A stretch of 64,000 nucleotides of DNA from Candidatus Nomurabacteria bacterium (GTDB lineage: Bacteria; Patescibacteriota; Minisyncoccia; Phycocordibacterales; UBA9973): contig CP060230.1 of the NCBI GenBank assembly GCA_023898605.1, forward strand, positions 131,944 through 195,943, in the 5' to 3' direction. Every line of letters begins with the position of its first letter. The first letter of the stretch is position 1. This document shows positions 8,910 through 18,647 of this stretch, piece by piece. The notes beneath the pieces were generated by a model. It saw only the letters and a list, made by a program, of their open reading frames with translations. It had not been told where the DNA came from and did no database searches. A program made the position numbers and the translations under genes.

Positions 8910-9663
8910 ATACTTCTTCTTTTTGTTCTTCCAACTTTTCTATAGTCATGTCAGAATATTTGTCATCCTGGTTTACATCTAACAATCCTGATCTTACCAT
9001 CTCTAGAAGAGCTAGAAAAGAAACAATAGTGAATACTTTTGCTTCTTTTTCGTTCATGCCATTTGTTTCGTTTGAACAAAACTCTTTGAAAGATGTTTTG
9101 AATGATTCTTGTATTCTGTCAGAGATGCTTTCTATAACGTCTTCTATTTTTATAGCAACAGAAACTTCTACTCTAGAAAGAATTTCTTTTTCTGGCATCT
9201 TGGACAGAACTTCTCGCACAGATTCTTCTAGCACCTCTCGTCCTAGATTGTCTCCAGGAGAAAAGAAGCTAACTTCAGCCTTTCTTTCTTTGAGTGGATG
9301 TAGGCTAACTTCTTTTGTGTGATTCAAAAGTATTGGTAGTGCATCAGTTATGGTTTTGAAAAACAAAAGTCTTTTTTCTAGGTCTTTTATGTCACTTTCT
9401 TCTTCTGTTGAAATAGAAAGGTTTGGAAGTAAGCTTTTTGCCTTGATTAGTATCAGGGTTGCTGCAACACGTATAAAGCTCGTGACTTCGCCTATTTTGT
9501 CTTTGTTTTGTTCCAAAAACTTTATATAGTCTTCGGCAACTTCTTTGATAGAGATTTCGTTTATGAACAATTTTCTTTTCTGTATAAGCTCCAAAAGTAG
9601 CTCGAGTGGTCCCTCGAAAACTTGAGTTTTTACTACAAATTGGTTCTTGTTATTGTCCTCCAC
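8902..9663 (-). CDS. scpA: Segregation and condensation protein A
   Basis: FEGPLELLLELIQKRKLFINEISIKEVAEDYIKFL is the canonical ScpA N-terminus. Confidence 0.8.
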   Translation of the reverse strand: MEDNNKNQFVVKTQVFEGPLELLLELIQKRKLFINEISIKEVAEDYIKFLEQNKDKIGEVTSFIRVAATLILIKAKSLLPNLSISTEEESDIKDLEKRLLFFKTITDALPILLNHTKEVSLHPLKERKAEVSFFSPGDNLGREVLEESVREVLSKMPEKEILSRVEVSVAIKIEDVIESISDRIQESFKTSFKEFCSNETNGMNEKEAKVFTIVSFLALLEMVRSGLLDVNQDDKYSDMTIEKLEEQKEEVYE

Positions 9664-9666
9664 GAT

Positions 9667-11100
9667 TTATTTCTTGTCTTTCTTTAGCGATATTCCAAGT
9701 TCGTCTAGTTGTTTGTCAGAAACTTTTGAAGGAGACTGCATCATGAGATCTTTTCCTTCTCCGTTTTTTGGGAATGCTATAACTTCTCTTATGTTTGGTT
9801 CGTTTTCTAGGATCATTACAAGTCTATCGAATCCCCACGCAATTCCTCCATGTGGAGGACATCCTCCATCTAGTGCATCTAGCATGTGAGAGAAATCACT
9901 TTCTACTTCTTCCTTGTTGTAACCCATGATATCAAATACTTTTTCTAGGGCTTCTTTTTCGTGGTTTCTTATACTTCCTCCGCCTATTTCGTACCCGTTT
10001 AGGATTATGTCGTATTGTGAAGTTATTATTTCTCCTATATCTTTTTCGTTCATTAGTTTATCCATGTCTTCCGGTATCGGTCTAGAAAATGGGTTGTGTG
10101 TAAATGTCCAAGATCCTTTCATGTTTGCGTTGTCAGACTTGGCTGTTGATTCGAAAAATGGGAAATCTACAACCCACAAAAATGCCAAAAGGTTTGGATC
10201 GTTTTTGTCTTCTCTTATGTCTGGTCTATCGCTACCATATTTTTCCATAGCGTCTTTGTAAGACATTCTAGGGAAAGGTATTTGTTGTATTCTTTTTTCT
10301 GGATATATTTCTTTGACGATTTTTATGAGAAGTTCTTCGTTTAGATTCATAACGTCTTCCATTTCGACAAAACTCATTTCCATATCGAGTTGAGTAAACT
10401 CTGGTTGTCTGTCACCTCTTGTATCTTCGTCTCTCATACATTTTGCAAATTGGAAATATCTTTCCATTCCTCCAGCCATGAGAAGTTGTTTGTATTGCTG
10501 TGGTGATTGAGGTAAAGCGTAAAAGTTTCCAGGATAAAGTCTAGACGGTACAACATAGTCTCTTGCACCTTCTGGAGTAGACTTTGTTAGAATCGGTGTT
10601 TCTATCTCGACAAAGTTTTGTTGAGACAAGAAATTCCGTACAAGAGTTGTGATCTTGCTTCTGTTTCTTATGTTTTTTTGCAGCCTTTTTCTTCTTAGGT
10701 CTAGATATTTGTATTTTAGTCTCACTTCTTCACCTATTTCTAGTCCATCTGTATGTATATCAAAGTTTGGAGTGTGAGCTTTGTTTAGAACTTCGATGTT
10801 TAGTATTTCTAGTTCTATTGTTCCGTTTTCTTTCTCTGGTTGTTTGTTTCTCTCCGGTCTTTCGTTTACTTTTGCACCGATTCTAACTACCCACTCGTCT
10901 CTAAGTGATTGGCCAGCTTCCATCGCGTCTGATCCTGGCAGTATCACACCCTGGACGATACCTGAGAAGTCTCTTATTTCCAAGAAAATCATCTTTCCTT
11001 GATCGCGTCTTACGTCTACCCAGCCAGAAATACTGACCTCTTCTCCGACCTTATTTTGTAAGTCTTTTATGTATGTTCTCTCTTTCATATAGACTGCCAT
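9667..11100 (-). CDS. aspS: Aspartate--tRNA ligase (short form without GAD insertion, presumably non-discriminating)
   Basis: FYALPQSPQQYKQLLMAGGMERYFQFAKCMRDEDTRGDRQPEFTQLDMEMSF class-II motif 2; 477 aa. Confidence 0.9.
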   Translation of the reverse strand: MAVYMKERTYIKDLQNKVGEEVSISGWVDVRRDQGKMIFLEIRDFSGIVQGVILPGSDAMEAGQSLRDEWVVRIGAKVNERPERNKQPEKENGTIELEILNIEVLNKAHTPNFDIHTDGLEIGEEVRLKYKYLDLRRKRLQKNIRNRSKITTLVRNFLSQQNFVEIETPILTKSTPEGARDYVVPSRLYPGNFYALPQSPQQYKQLLMAGGMERYFQFAKCMRDEDTRGDRQPEFTQLDMEMSFVEMEDVMNLNEELLIKIVKEIYPEKRIQQIPFPRMSYKDAMEKYGSDRPDIREDKNDPNLLAFLWVVDFPFFESTAKSDNANMKGSWTFTHNPFSRPIPEDMDKLMNEKDIGEIITSQYDIILNGYEIGGGSIRNHEKEALEKVFDIMGYNKEEVESDFSHMLDALDGGCPPHGGIAWGFDRLVMILENEPNIREVIAFPKNGEGKDLMMQSPSKVSDKQLDELGISLKKDKK

Positions 11101-11148
11101 TATAACATTTTTATAGCTAAAAGGTAGCCCAGATTTTTGTAATAAAAA

Positions 11149-11180
11149 AGCCTTGAGTTTAAAATTCTAAACTCAAGGCT
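11149..11180. terminator. Intrinsic terminator hairpin (agccttgagttt-aaaattct-aaactcaaggct) with flanking A/T runs
   Basis: Perfect 12-bp stem; on the minus strand it is followed by a T-run, downstream of the 11193..12017 gene. Confidence 0.7.
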
Positions 11181-11192
11181 TTTGATCGTTTC

Positions 11193-12017
11193 TTACAATT
11201 TACGAGCAGACGAGATGCCGAGGTTACCAAGATGGCTGCCCTCCCAGTAGTATCTGATGTTGAGACCGTCCCTGTCGAAGCGACCGACGTCGACGCGGTC
11301 GCTGTATGTAGAAACGGAACTGGTCCTGACGTACTTGTTGGAGCGAAGCAGGTAGATGCCACGCACCTTGTAGTAGGCAGTGACAGCATAGCTGACTTCG
11401 ACGGCATTCGGAACGTATTCATCCTCGCTCAAGAGGTCTTGCTGCTCGCTCCACGTCTTGCTGAAAGAGTTCGGGACTGCTTCCTTCCTGATTGCGAGCC
11501 ACTCGCCAGCGGACACCTTATCCTCACGAGAGAACTTCTGCTTGTCCTCGGCGTACCACCCTTTGGTCTTGAAGGAGAACAGCTTGTTTTCGAGCTCCCG
11601 AACTTCGAGGAGGTTCATCTCCGTCGGCGGTTCCGCGATGAGCATATATCCGTTGGCACGAAGCCAGAGGATGGCCTCCATACCAGGCAGGGTGTCAGCG
11701 AAGTGTTCCAACTGCTCGTCGGTGTAGCTCACGCCGTAGGCGGTTGCCACTTCCTGGGCGCTGATGTAATCGTCGCCGAGAATGAGAAGTGCCAGTTCGT
11801 GACCTTCGGGGAAGCAGGTTTGTATCACCTCGCCGTTGTCTCCCAACTTGGGACAGCCCCGGCGCAGGTACTCGGCGAGATTTCGCCGTGCTACCGGGTT
11901 GTTGGTCGGATGTTGCCAGTGGGACCAATCAATGCCTTCCTTTTCGGTGAGACGAATGAGTTTTGCCATTGTTCCAAGGGTCCTGCTTGGATCTGGATTA
12001 AGATGCGATTTTGACAT
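11193..12017 (-). CDS. Hypothetical protein encoded on a ~55% GC island (foreign composition)
   Basis: 274-aa ORF (MSKSHLNPDPSRTLGT...). GC is much higher than the ~33% flanks and long ORFs open on both strands. An AT-rich promoter-like region lies upstream (12018-12127) and a terminator downstream. No family recognised. Confidence 0.5.
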   Translation of the reverse strand: MSKSHLNPDPSRTLGTMAKLIRLTEKEGIDWSHWQHPTNNPVARRNLAEYLRRGCPKLGDNGEVIQTCFPEGHELALLILGDDYISAQEVATAYGVSYTDEQLEHFADTLPGMEAILWLRANGYMLIAEPPTEMNLLEVRELENKLFSFKTKGWYAEDKQKFSREDKVSAGEWLAIRKEAVPNSFSKTWSEQQDLLSEDEYVPNAVEVSYAVTAYYKVRGIYLLRSNKYVRTSSVSTYSDRVDVGRFDRDGLNIRYYWEGSHLGNLGISSARKL

Positions 12018-12127
12018 CGGATGTTAATTTATAAGTGAACAAAAATAAAATCATGTTATTTTTAACACACAATTAAATTATTGTAAATATCTTAACAAAA
12101 AAGAAGAATTAGTAAGGTGGCATAAAA

Positions 12128-12167
12128 AAGGTAACACCAAACTACGATCGTAGTTTGGTGTTACCTT
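12128..12167. terminator. Perfect 40-nt palindromic hairpin (aaggtaacaccaaactacga|tcgtagtttggtgttacctt), trpS terminator
   Basis: Perfect palindrome 25 nt downstream of the trpS stop, followed on the minus strand by a T-run. Confidence 0.75.
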
Positions 12168-12191
12168 CTGTGGGTTTTAGTGTTTTGTGTT

Positions 12192-13139
12192 TTAGTCTAG
12201 TTTTACTCCTACTCTCTTTCTAACCTCTTCCATTTTTTGAGAAGCTATTTGTTTTGCTTTTTCGCCACCTTTTTTTAGTATTTCTAGAACTTCTTCTTTG
12301 TTATTCTCAAAATATTTCCTTCTTTCTCTCATCGGTGCAACGAAGTTTTCTATATCTTCAAAAAGTGCTTCTTTTAGGTCTTTATACTTCCCTTTCTTTT
12401 CTTCGTATAGATTTTTGAGATAATCTTCGTCTCTAAACAGTTTGTGTATAGCGTAAACATTTTCTGGAACCCCTTCTCCCGAGTCTGTAACTATCCCCAT
12501 AACAGCTTTCTTGATTTCTTCTGTTTCGGCAAAAAGCGGAATAGTGTTTTTGTAGCTTTTGCTCATTTTCTGACCATCTGTCCCTGGAACAGTTTGGACA
12601 CTTTCTACAATCATAGGTTCTGGTAGTTTAAATGTTTCTCCAAATATTCTATTGAATTTTTCTCCAGTGTCTCTTGTAATTTCTATGTGTTGTTTTTGGT
12701 CTTGTCCAACTGGAACTATTTCTGAGTCGTAAAGCAAAATATCAGAAGCCATAAGCATCGGGTAGTTAAATGTTCCTACAGATATCTCTTTGTTTTTTGC
12801 TTCAGCGTCTTTGAAAGCGTGTGCTCTCATGAGATAAGGCATAGTTGTCATGGTATCAAATATCCACGCAGCCTCTGTGTGCTCTGAAACGCTTGATTGT
12901 TGGAATATGACAGACTTTTCTGGATCAAGTCCTATTGCAAGATAATCCATCGCCAGATCTATTATGTTGGAATTCATCTCTTCTTTGTCTTGTATGAAGT
13001 TTAGAGCGTGATAGTCAGCAATCATAAAAAGACTTTCGTATTTTTCTTGATATTCGACAAATTGTCTCATTGCCCCAAAATAGTTTCCGATATGAGGTCT
13101 TCCTGTTGGTTTTACCCCAGATAAAAGTCTCTTTTTCAT
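12192..13139 (-). CDS. trpS: Tryptophan--tRNA ligase
   Basis: N-terminal SGVKPTGRPHIGNYFGA (HIGH) and KMSKS (QKMSKSYKN) motifs; 315 aa. Confidence 0.95.
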   Translation of the reverse strand: MKKRLLSGVKPTGRPHIGNYFGAMRQFVEYQEKYESLFMIADYHALNFIQDKEEMNSNIIDLAMDYLAIGLDPEKSVIFQQSSVSEHTEAAWIFDTMTTMPYLMRAHAFKDAEAKNKEISVGTFNYPMLMASDILLYDSEIVPVGQDQKQHIEITRDTGEKFNRIFGETFKLPEPMIVESVQTVPGTDGQKMSKSYKNTIPLFAETEEIKKAVMGIVTDSGEGVPENVYAIHKLFRDEDYLKNLYEEKKGKYKDLKEALFEDIENFVAPMRERRKYFENNKEEVLEILKKGGEKAKQIASQKMEEVRKRVGVKLD

Positions 13140-13220
13140 AAGAAAAATATAGCATAATTTGGGCCTCTTCGGTACTTTTTGATTTTCAACAGAATAGTCA
13201 CAGTTTTGTTCCAGATTATC

Positions 13221-13250
13221 TTGCGGTCCTCAATCTCTTTTGTGCTACAA
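13221..13250 (+). promoter_or_regulatory. Putative dnaB promoter with extended -10 (tgtgcTACAAT)
   Basis: TGnTACAAT at 13238-13250, about 10 nt upstream of the dnaB ATG, with a TTGCGG -35-like hexamer upstream. Divergent from trpS. Confidence 0.4.
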
Positions 13251-13258
13251 TCGAATTA

Positions 13259-14653
13259 ATGGCAAAAGATAGAGAAAACTATTATGCTATCCCACCTCAA
13301 GATCTCGATGCAGAGAGGGCTGTTATAGGTTCTATTCTGATAAGACCTGGTGCGATGAATGAACTAGTTACGAAAGTAACGCATTTCATGTTTTATCATG
13401 AGAAGCATCGCAATATATACAAGCTTATGCTTGAACTATACAACCAGGGAGAAGCTATCGACATAATCACACTCTCGTCCAAAGCAAAAGAAAAAAATAT
13501 AGATGAGAAGATTGGTGGATCTAGGTATCTAACAGAACTAACTAGAGAGGTTCCAAGTTCTGCCAATGTTCATCACTACGCTTCTATCGTAGAAAAAAAG
13601 CATATCCAAAGAAGACTCATAGAAGCAGCACAAGATATATCTACAATCGCATCAGAAAACGCTGCCGATGATATAGAAAATATCCTAAACAAAGCCGAGT
13701 CAAAAATATTTGAAATAACTCAAGGTGTAAACAAAAGCAAATACGTAACACTAAAAGAAGCCTTGCGAGAAACATGGGAAGAACTCGAGCACTTACATGA
13801 ACACAAAGACGAGCTTCGTGGTATTCCAACTGGCTTCAAAGAACTCGACAACATGCTCGCAGGTCTACAACGTTCTGACCTTGTTATCCTAGCCGCAAGA
13901 CCATCTGTCGGTAAGACTACCCTTGCCCTAGATATTGCACGACAAACTTCTATACACTTTGGTTCTGCTGTTGGAGTATTTTCTCTCGAGATGAGCGCCT
14001 CACAGCTAACACAGAGAATGCTTGCCGCGGAATCACAAGTTTCTGCTTGGAATCTTCGAACCGGTAACATATCTTCTGACAAAGATTTCCAGATTATAGG
14101 AGAAGCGCTAGATAGATTGGCCAAGGCAAAGATATATATAGACGACATGGCAGCGAACAATATAGTTTCGATGAGAAGTACAGCTAGAAGATGGAAGTCA
14201 GAACACGGACTAGATCTTATAATCGTTGACTACCTACAGCTTATGGCATCAACCAAAGACCACGATTCTATGGTTAACCAAGTTACAGAAATATCTAGAT
14301 CACTAAAACAACTCGCAAGAGAACTCAACGTTCCCGTTCTTGCCCTATCACAGCTTTCTCGTGCAGTTGAGTCTCGTGGCGGTAAACCTAGACTTTCTGA
14401 TCTTCGTGACTCTGGTTCTATCGAGCAGGATGCTGATGTCGTTATGTTCCTACACAGAGAAGACAAGTACAAAGATGAGTCAGAAAAAACAAATATCGTC
14501 CAAGTTCTAATCGAAAAGCACAGAAATGGTCCAACAGGTGTAGTAAATCTATTCTTCGACCAAAAGAAAACAACTTACTTGTCTATCGACAAAACTACAG
14601 ACGAAGCTATGTCTTATAGTTCTATTGCAGGACAAAGTTTAGATGATTTCTAA
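13259..14653 (+). CDS. dnaB: Replicative DNA helicase
   Basis: N-terminal PPQDLDAERAVIGSIL, Walker A ARPSVGKTTLALD, and family-wide similarity. Confidence 0.95.
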   Translation: MAKDRENYYAIPPQDLDAERAVIGSILIRPGAMNELVTKVTHFMFYHEKHRNIYKLMLELYNQGEAIDIITLSSKAKEKNIDEKIGGSRYLTELTREVPSSANVHHYASIVEKKHIQRRLIEAAQDISTIASENAADDIENILNKAESKIFEITQGVNKSKYVTLKEALRETWEELEHLHEHKDELRGIPTGFKELDNMLAGLQRSDLVILAARPSVGKTTLALDIARQTSIHFGSAVGVFSLEMSASQLTQRMLAAESQVSAWNLRTGNISSDKDFQIIGEALDRLAKAKIYIDDMAANNIVSMRSTARRWKSEHGLDLIIVDYLQLMASTKDHDSMVNQVTEISRSLKQLARELNVPVLALSQLSRAVESRGGKPRLSDLRDSGSIEQDADVVMFLHREDKYKDESEKTNIVQVLIEKHRNGPTGVVNLFFDQKKTTYLSIDKTTDEAMSYSSIAGQSLDDF

Positions 14654-14665
14654 AAAGATAAGTAT

Positions 14666-15274
14666 ATGAGTGAACTGGACGAGCTAACAGAGTTTTTCAA
14701 AAATTTTCCTGGTATTGGTGACAGACAAGCTAGGCGTTTTTCTTATTATTTTTCGAAACTCGGCAAAGCAACAAGAGAAAGGTTTATAGATAAGCTTTCT
14801 TCTGTCAGTGATATGGTTTCTGAGTGTAAGATGTGTCGTAGAGTTCATATGAAAAGTGGTGCCGAAGTTTGTGATATATGTAGCGATAGTACTAGAGAAA
14901 CCAGCCTTCTTTTGGTTTTGGAAAAAGATTCTGATTTCGAAAATATAAATATAACTCGAAAATATGACGGACTTTATTTTATACTTGGTGGCACTATACC
15001 TATTTCTCACAAAATTCCAACTTATATAAAGCTAGGAGATCTAGAAAAAAGAATAAAAGAAGGAATAGATTCTGGAGACTTGAAAGAAGTCATACTTGCC
15101 TTCTCCCTCAATCGTGATGGAGAAAATACAAGAGAATATGTAGAGGACTTTATAAGCCAAAAGTTCGGGAATGCTATAAAAATATCGAAGCTTGGAAGAG
15201 GCTTGTCGAGCGGTAGTGAAATAGAGTATTCTGACGGAGATACACTCGAATACGCACTAAAAGGAAGATCATAA
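14666..15274 (+). CDS. recR: Recombination protein RecR
   Basis: FPGIGDRQARRF helix-hairpin-helix, C4 zinc finger (CKMCRRVH...CDIC), Toprim C-terminus. Confidence 0.9.
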   Translation: MSELDELTEFFKNFPGIGDRQARRFSYYFSKLGKATRERFIDKLSSVSDMVSECKMCRRVHMKSGAEVCDICSDSTRETSLLLVLEKDSDFENINITRKYDGLYFILGGTIPISHKIPTYIKLGDLEKRIKEGIDSGDLKEVILAFSLNRDGENTREYVEDFISQKFGNAIKISKLGRGLSSGSEIEYSDGDTLEYALKGRS

Positions 15275-15280
15275 AAAACA

Positions 15281-15303
15281 AAAGCCGGATTTATCCGGCT
15301 TTG
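15281..15303. terminator. Bidirectional terminator hairpin (agccggat-tt-atccggct)
   Basis: 8-bp GC-rich stem with A-run and T-run flanks, between convergent recR and rplU. Confidence 0.65.
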
Positions 15304-15306
15304 TGT

Positions 15307-15657
15307 TTATTTGATTGAAACTATTTCTATTTTTGAGTTTGGTTGTCTGTGTCCGTTTTTCTTGTGGTAGTTACTCTTTGCTTTGTATTTTACAACTGTA
15401 ACTTTCTTTCCTCTACCGTTTTCTAGAAACTTTGCACTAACTTTCGCACCTTTGATATAAGGGTCTCCGATAGTTGTTGCTCCTTTGCCATCATCTACCA
15501 AAAGCACCTTGTCAAACACTACACTTTTACCTTCTTCTAGGTCGTCTCCAAGCTTTTCTATCACGATTATTTCTCCTGGTGAGACTTTGTATTGTTTGCC
15601 GCCTGCTTCGATAATAGCAAATTCTATGTCTTTATTTTTACCTTTCTTCTCAGTCAT
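15307..15657 (-). CDS. rplU: 50S ribosomal protein L21
   Basis: FAIIEAGGKQYKVSPGEII...KVTVVKYKAKSNYHKKNGHRQ matches bL21. Confidence 0.9.
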   Translation of the reverse strand: MTEKKGKNKDIEFAIIEAGGKQYKVSPGEIIVIEKLGDDLEEGKSVVFDKVLLVDDGKGATTIGDPYIKGAKVSAKFLENGRGKKVTVVKYKAKSNYHKKNGHRQPNSKIEIVSIK

Positions 15658-15751
15658 GGTTCCTAGATTCTAGCATAAAACTTTATTTTTGCAATGTTTT
15701 TTAGGCTATAATTAGCTTATACTATAAAGGCATTAGAAAAAGCCAATTTTT

Positions 15752-17137
15752 ATGGAAAATATATATTTATACAACACATTATCCAAGAAAAAAGAGACTT
15801 TGTCAAAGAAGTCCGGTGATACCATAACCATGTATAACTGTGGTCCTACGGTATATAACTTCCCTCACATAGGTAATCTTAGGGCATACATACTATCTGA
15901 CATCATAAGAAGAACTTATGAAATAAATGGCTTTTCTGTAAAACAAGTAATCAATATAACTGATATAGGACACCTCCAAAGTGATGGTGATGAAGGTGAA
16001 GACAAGATGACAAAAGCTCTAGAGAGAGAAGGTAAACCTTTTACTCTAGAAGCTATGAGAGAGGTTGCTGAATTCTACGCCGAGGCGTTCAAAAAAGATC
16101 TCAAAGATCTCAACATAGAAACTCCAGAATATATGCCTTTTGCAAGTGACAGCATAGATGAGTATATCGATATAATAAAAAAGATATATGACTCTTCTAA
16201 CGCCTATACCAACGAAGATGGCGTTTATTTCGATACAGCTTCTATAGAATCTTATGGAAAGCTTGGCGGGCTAACACCTAGTGAACAATCCGAAGAAAGA
16301 ATAAGTGGTGCCAACAAGAAAAACAGCGCAGACTTTGCACTATGGAAGTTTTCTAAAAACGATATTGGTTATGAATCTCCTTGGGGCAAAGGTTTTCCCG
16401 GCTGGCACATAGAATGTTCTGGGATGATCAGGAAGTTTTTGGGAGAAACTATCGATATACACACAGGAGGAATAGACCACATACCGGTTCACCATAACAA
16501 CGAGATTGCTCAGTCAGAAACAGCCAACCACAAAGAACTTGCTCATATATGGGTTCACGGGGCTTTTGTGACTATAAAAGACGAAAGGATCGCTAAGTCT
16601 TTGGGCAACATCATAACTCTAGAAGATATAAAAAAGTCTGGTATCAACCCACTTTCTTATAGGTTGTGGCTTATGAGTGCTACTTATCAGAAAGAAGTTT
16701 CATTTTCTTGGGAAGCACTACGGTCTGCGGATAAGGCTCTATCTAGATCTTATGAGGTATTTGATTCTTTGAGAGAAGATGGAGAGGTTGATGAAAAGAT
16801 TGTAGAAAAATACAAAAAAGAAGCTCTTTCTCTTATAAACGACAATCTAGACACTCCTTCTTTCATCGCTCTTTTCTGGGAAGTTATCAGGTCTCAGGAA
16901 ATTGAAGACGTAACAAAGAAAACACTAATTCTGTTTTTTGATCGTGTTTTGGGGCTAGGATTTTCTGATAGAACAGGCGAAGAAATACCAGAAGAAATAA
17001 ATGAGCTTGTTAGACAAAGAATAGAAGCTAGAGAAGCCAAAGACTACAGTAAAGGCGACGAGATAAGAGATAAGATAGAGTCTCTCGGCTATACAATCAA
17101 AGACACCGAAAACGGGACTATCGTCAAAAAGAAATAG
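15752..17137 (+). CDS. cysS: Cysteine--tRNA ligase
   Basis: YNCGPTVYNFPHIGNLRAY (HIGH), WGKGFPGWHIECS zinc site, KSLGN (KMSKS-like). Confidence 0.95.
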   Translation: MENIYLYNTLSKKKETLSKKSGDTITMYNCGPTVYNFPHIGNLRAYILSDIIRRTYEINGFSVKQVINITDIGHLQSDGDEGEDKMTKALEREGKPFTLEAMREVAEFYAEAFKKDLKDLNIETPEYMPFASDSIDEYIDIIKKIYDSSNAYTNEDGVYFDTASIESYGKLGGLTPSEQSEERISGANKKNSADFALWKFSKNDIGYESPWGKGFPGWHIECSGMIRKFLGETIDIHTGGIDHIPVHHNNEIAQSETANHKELAHIWVHGAFVTIKDERIAKSLGNIITLEDIKKSGINPLSYRLWLMSATYQKEVSFSWEALRSADKALSRSYEVFDSLREDGEVDEKIVEKYKKEALSLINDNLDTPSFIALFWEVIRSQEIEDVTKKTLILFFDRVLGLGFSDRTGEEIPEEINELVRQRIEAREAKDYSKGDEIRDKIESLGYTIKDTENGTIVKKK

Positions 17138-17138
17138 T

Positions 17139-18215
17139 TTAGATACCGGTTTTTTGTAACTCCTCGAGTAGTTTCTCTTGATGTTTTGAGAGTTTTTCTG
17201 GGATGTTTATTTTTACTACAACAAAGAAATCTCCTCTTCTGTCGCTTCCCTCTTCTCCAACTCCTTTGTTCTTTATTCTAAGTATATCGCCATGACTTGT
17301 CCCCTTTGGTATTTTGATAGTAACTTTTCCATCTAGTGTTTCTACACTAGCTTCACCGCCAAGTATTGCCATTGTTGGTACTATAGAGATGTTTGTATAA
17401 AGGTTTTGGCCATCTCTTTTTATATTGTCAGATTTTTCAACTCTTATTTTTATATAAAGGTCACCATTTATTCCACCCTTTATTCCATAGCCGCCACCTC
17501 TAACTCTTAGAGTTTCGCCGCTCTGTATTCCTTTTGGTATTTTGACTTTGAGGTTTTCTGTAACTTTTTCTATTCCTTTTCCAGAACAAGAAGAACATCG
17601 TTTTTCGTATGTTTCTCCTTTTCCATCGCAAGAGGCACATTTTTTGTTTGTTTTTATATGTCCAAGTATTGTTCTAACTTCTTCTACTACTGTGCCTTTT
17701 CCTCTACACGTTTTGCAAGATTCTTTCTTGGAAGATTTGTCATCACCTGAACCGTCACAGACTTCGCAGTTTTTTTCTCTTTTGTAAGATATTTCTTTTT
17801 CTGTTCCAAAAATAGAATCTTTGAAAGAAACACTTGTTTCTAAAACAACATCTTTACCTTTTCTTATCCTTGTACTTTCTCTACTAGCTCCTCCGCCAAA
17901 AAAGTCAGAAAATATGTCTCCTAGGTCAAATTCAAATGATCCACCTTGTCCCCCCTGGAAACCAGAGAAATCAAATCCTCCAAAACCTTGTCCTCCACCA
18001 AACCCTGGTCCAGCAGAGCCAAACTGGTCATACTGTGCCCTTTTCTGGTCATCAGAAAGAACCTGGTAGGCTTCGTTTGCCTCCTTGAACTTCTCTTCGC
18101 TACCACCCTGCTTGTCAGGGTGGTATTGATGAGCGAGTTTCCTAAACGCTTTTTTGATTTCATCTTTTGAAGCGTTTTTTTCAACTCCTAGTATTTTATA
18201 ATAATCTTTACTCAT
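17139..18215 (-). CDS. dnaJ: Chaperone DnaJ
   Basis: J-domain (DYYKILGV...HPDK), Gly/Phe-rich linker, four CxxCxGxG zinc-finger repeats. Confidence 0.95.
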   Translation of the reverse strand: MSKDYYKILGVEKNASKDEIKKAFRKLAHQYHPDKQGGSEEKFKEANEAYQVLSDDQKRAQYDQFGSAGPGFGGGQGFGGFDFSGFQGGQGGSFEFDLGDIFSDFFGGGASRESTRIRKGKDVVLETSVSFKDSIFGTEKEISYKREKNCEVCDGSGDDKSSKKESCKTCRGKGTVVEEVRTILGHIKTNKKCASCDGKGETYEKRCSSCSGKGIEKVTENLKVKIPKGIQSGETLRVRGGGYGIKGGINGDLYIKIRVEKSDNIKRDGQNLYTNISIVPTMAILGGEASVETLDGKVTIKIPKGTSHGDILRIKNKGVGEEGSDRRGDFFVVVKINIPEKLSKHQEKLLEELQKTGI

Positions 18216-18235
18216 ATTTTAATTTTGCTTGTCCT

Positions 18236-18249
18236 GCCAAAGCTTTGGC
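18236..18249. promoter_or_regulatory. Perfect 14-bp palindrome gccaaagctttggc in the dnaJ 5' region
   Basis: Perfect palindrome 21 nt upstream of the dnaJ start codon; candidate operator or RNA hairpin. Confidence 0.35.
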
Positions 18250-18338
18250 GAAAGTGAATAATAGTTTTTGGACATATTTATATTATTGACTTTTATAACA
18301 AATATGATATCATATTACATGAATTTAAATCAAAAAAA

Positions 18339-18530
18339 ATGGCTAAATATACTTTTGAACCAAAAGATTCAGAGAAGGAAACGTTTGAAGAATTTGGTAT
18401 TCCCGCTGAAGTAGTGGTTATTACCGAATATAACAAGTATGATGCTTGGAATCTTCTTTCTAAAAGGCTCAATAAAAAAGAAGGATTAATCAGAAAGCTT
18501 TTTAAACATACTCTTACCTCTTACTCGTAA
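18339..18530 (+). CDS. Hypothetical 63-aa protein, antisense-oriented between dnaJ and dnaK
   Basis: ORF preceded by TTGACT-N16-TATCAT-like promoter elements (18280-18310) and followed by a plus-strand intrinsic terminator (18544-18575 plus T-run). Confidence 0.3.
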   Translation: MAKYTFEPKDSEKETFEEFGIPAEVVVITEYNKYDAWNLLSKRLNKKEGLIRKLFKHTLTSYS

Positions 18531-18543
18531 AAAGACGTCAGAC

Positions 18544-18575
18544 CAGCCGCCCCATCGTGCGGCTGTTTTTATTTT
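18544..18575 (+). terminator. Intrinsic terminator (cagccgc-cccatcgt-gcggctg + tttttatttt)
   Basis: GC stem followed directly by a T-run on the plus strand. Confidence 0.6.
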
Positions 18576-18647
18576 CTCAACCCTTCAAATTATATCATTC
18601 TATCTCAAGAATTTTGTAATAGTCTTTGGACATTTTGGGTTAGGAAA

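Noticed and set aside
11232-12014. 260-aa plus-strand ORF on the GC-rich island
   Set aside because: Val/Leu/Gly/Ala-rich antisense-type composition. The minus-strand ORF has the promoter and terminator context and a plausible N-terminus.
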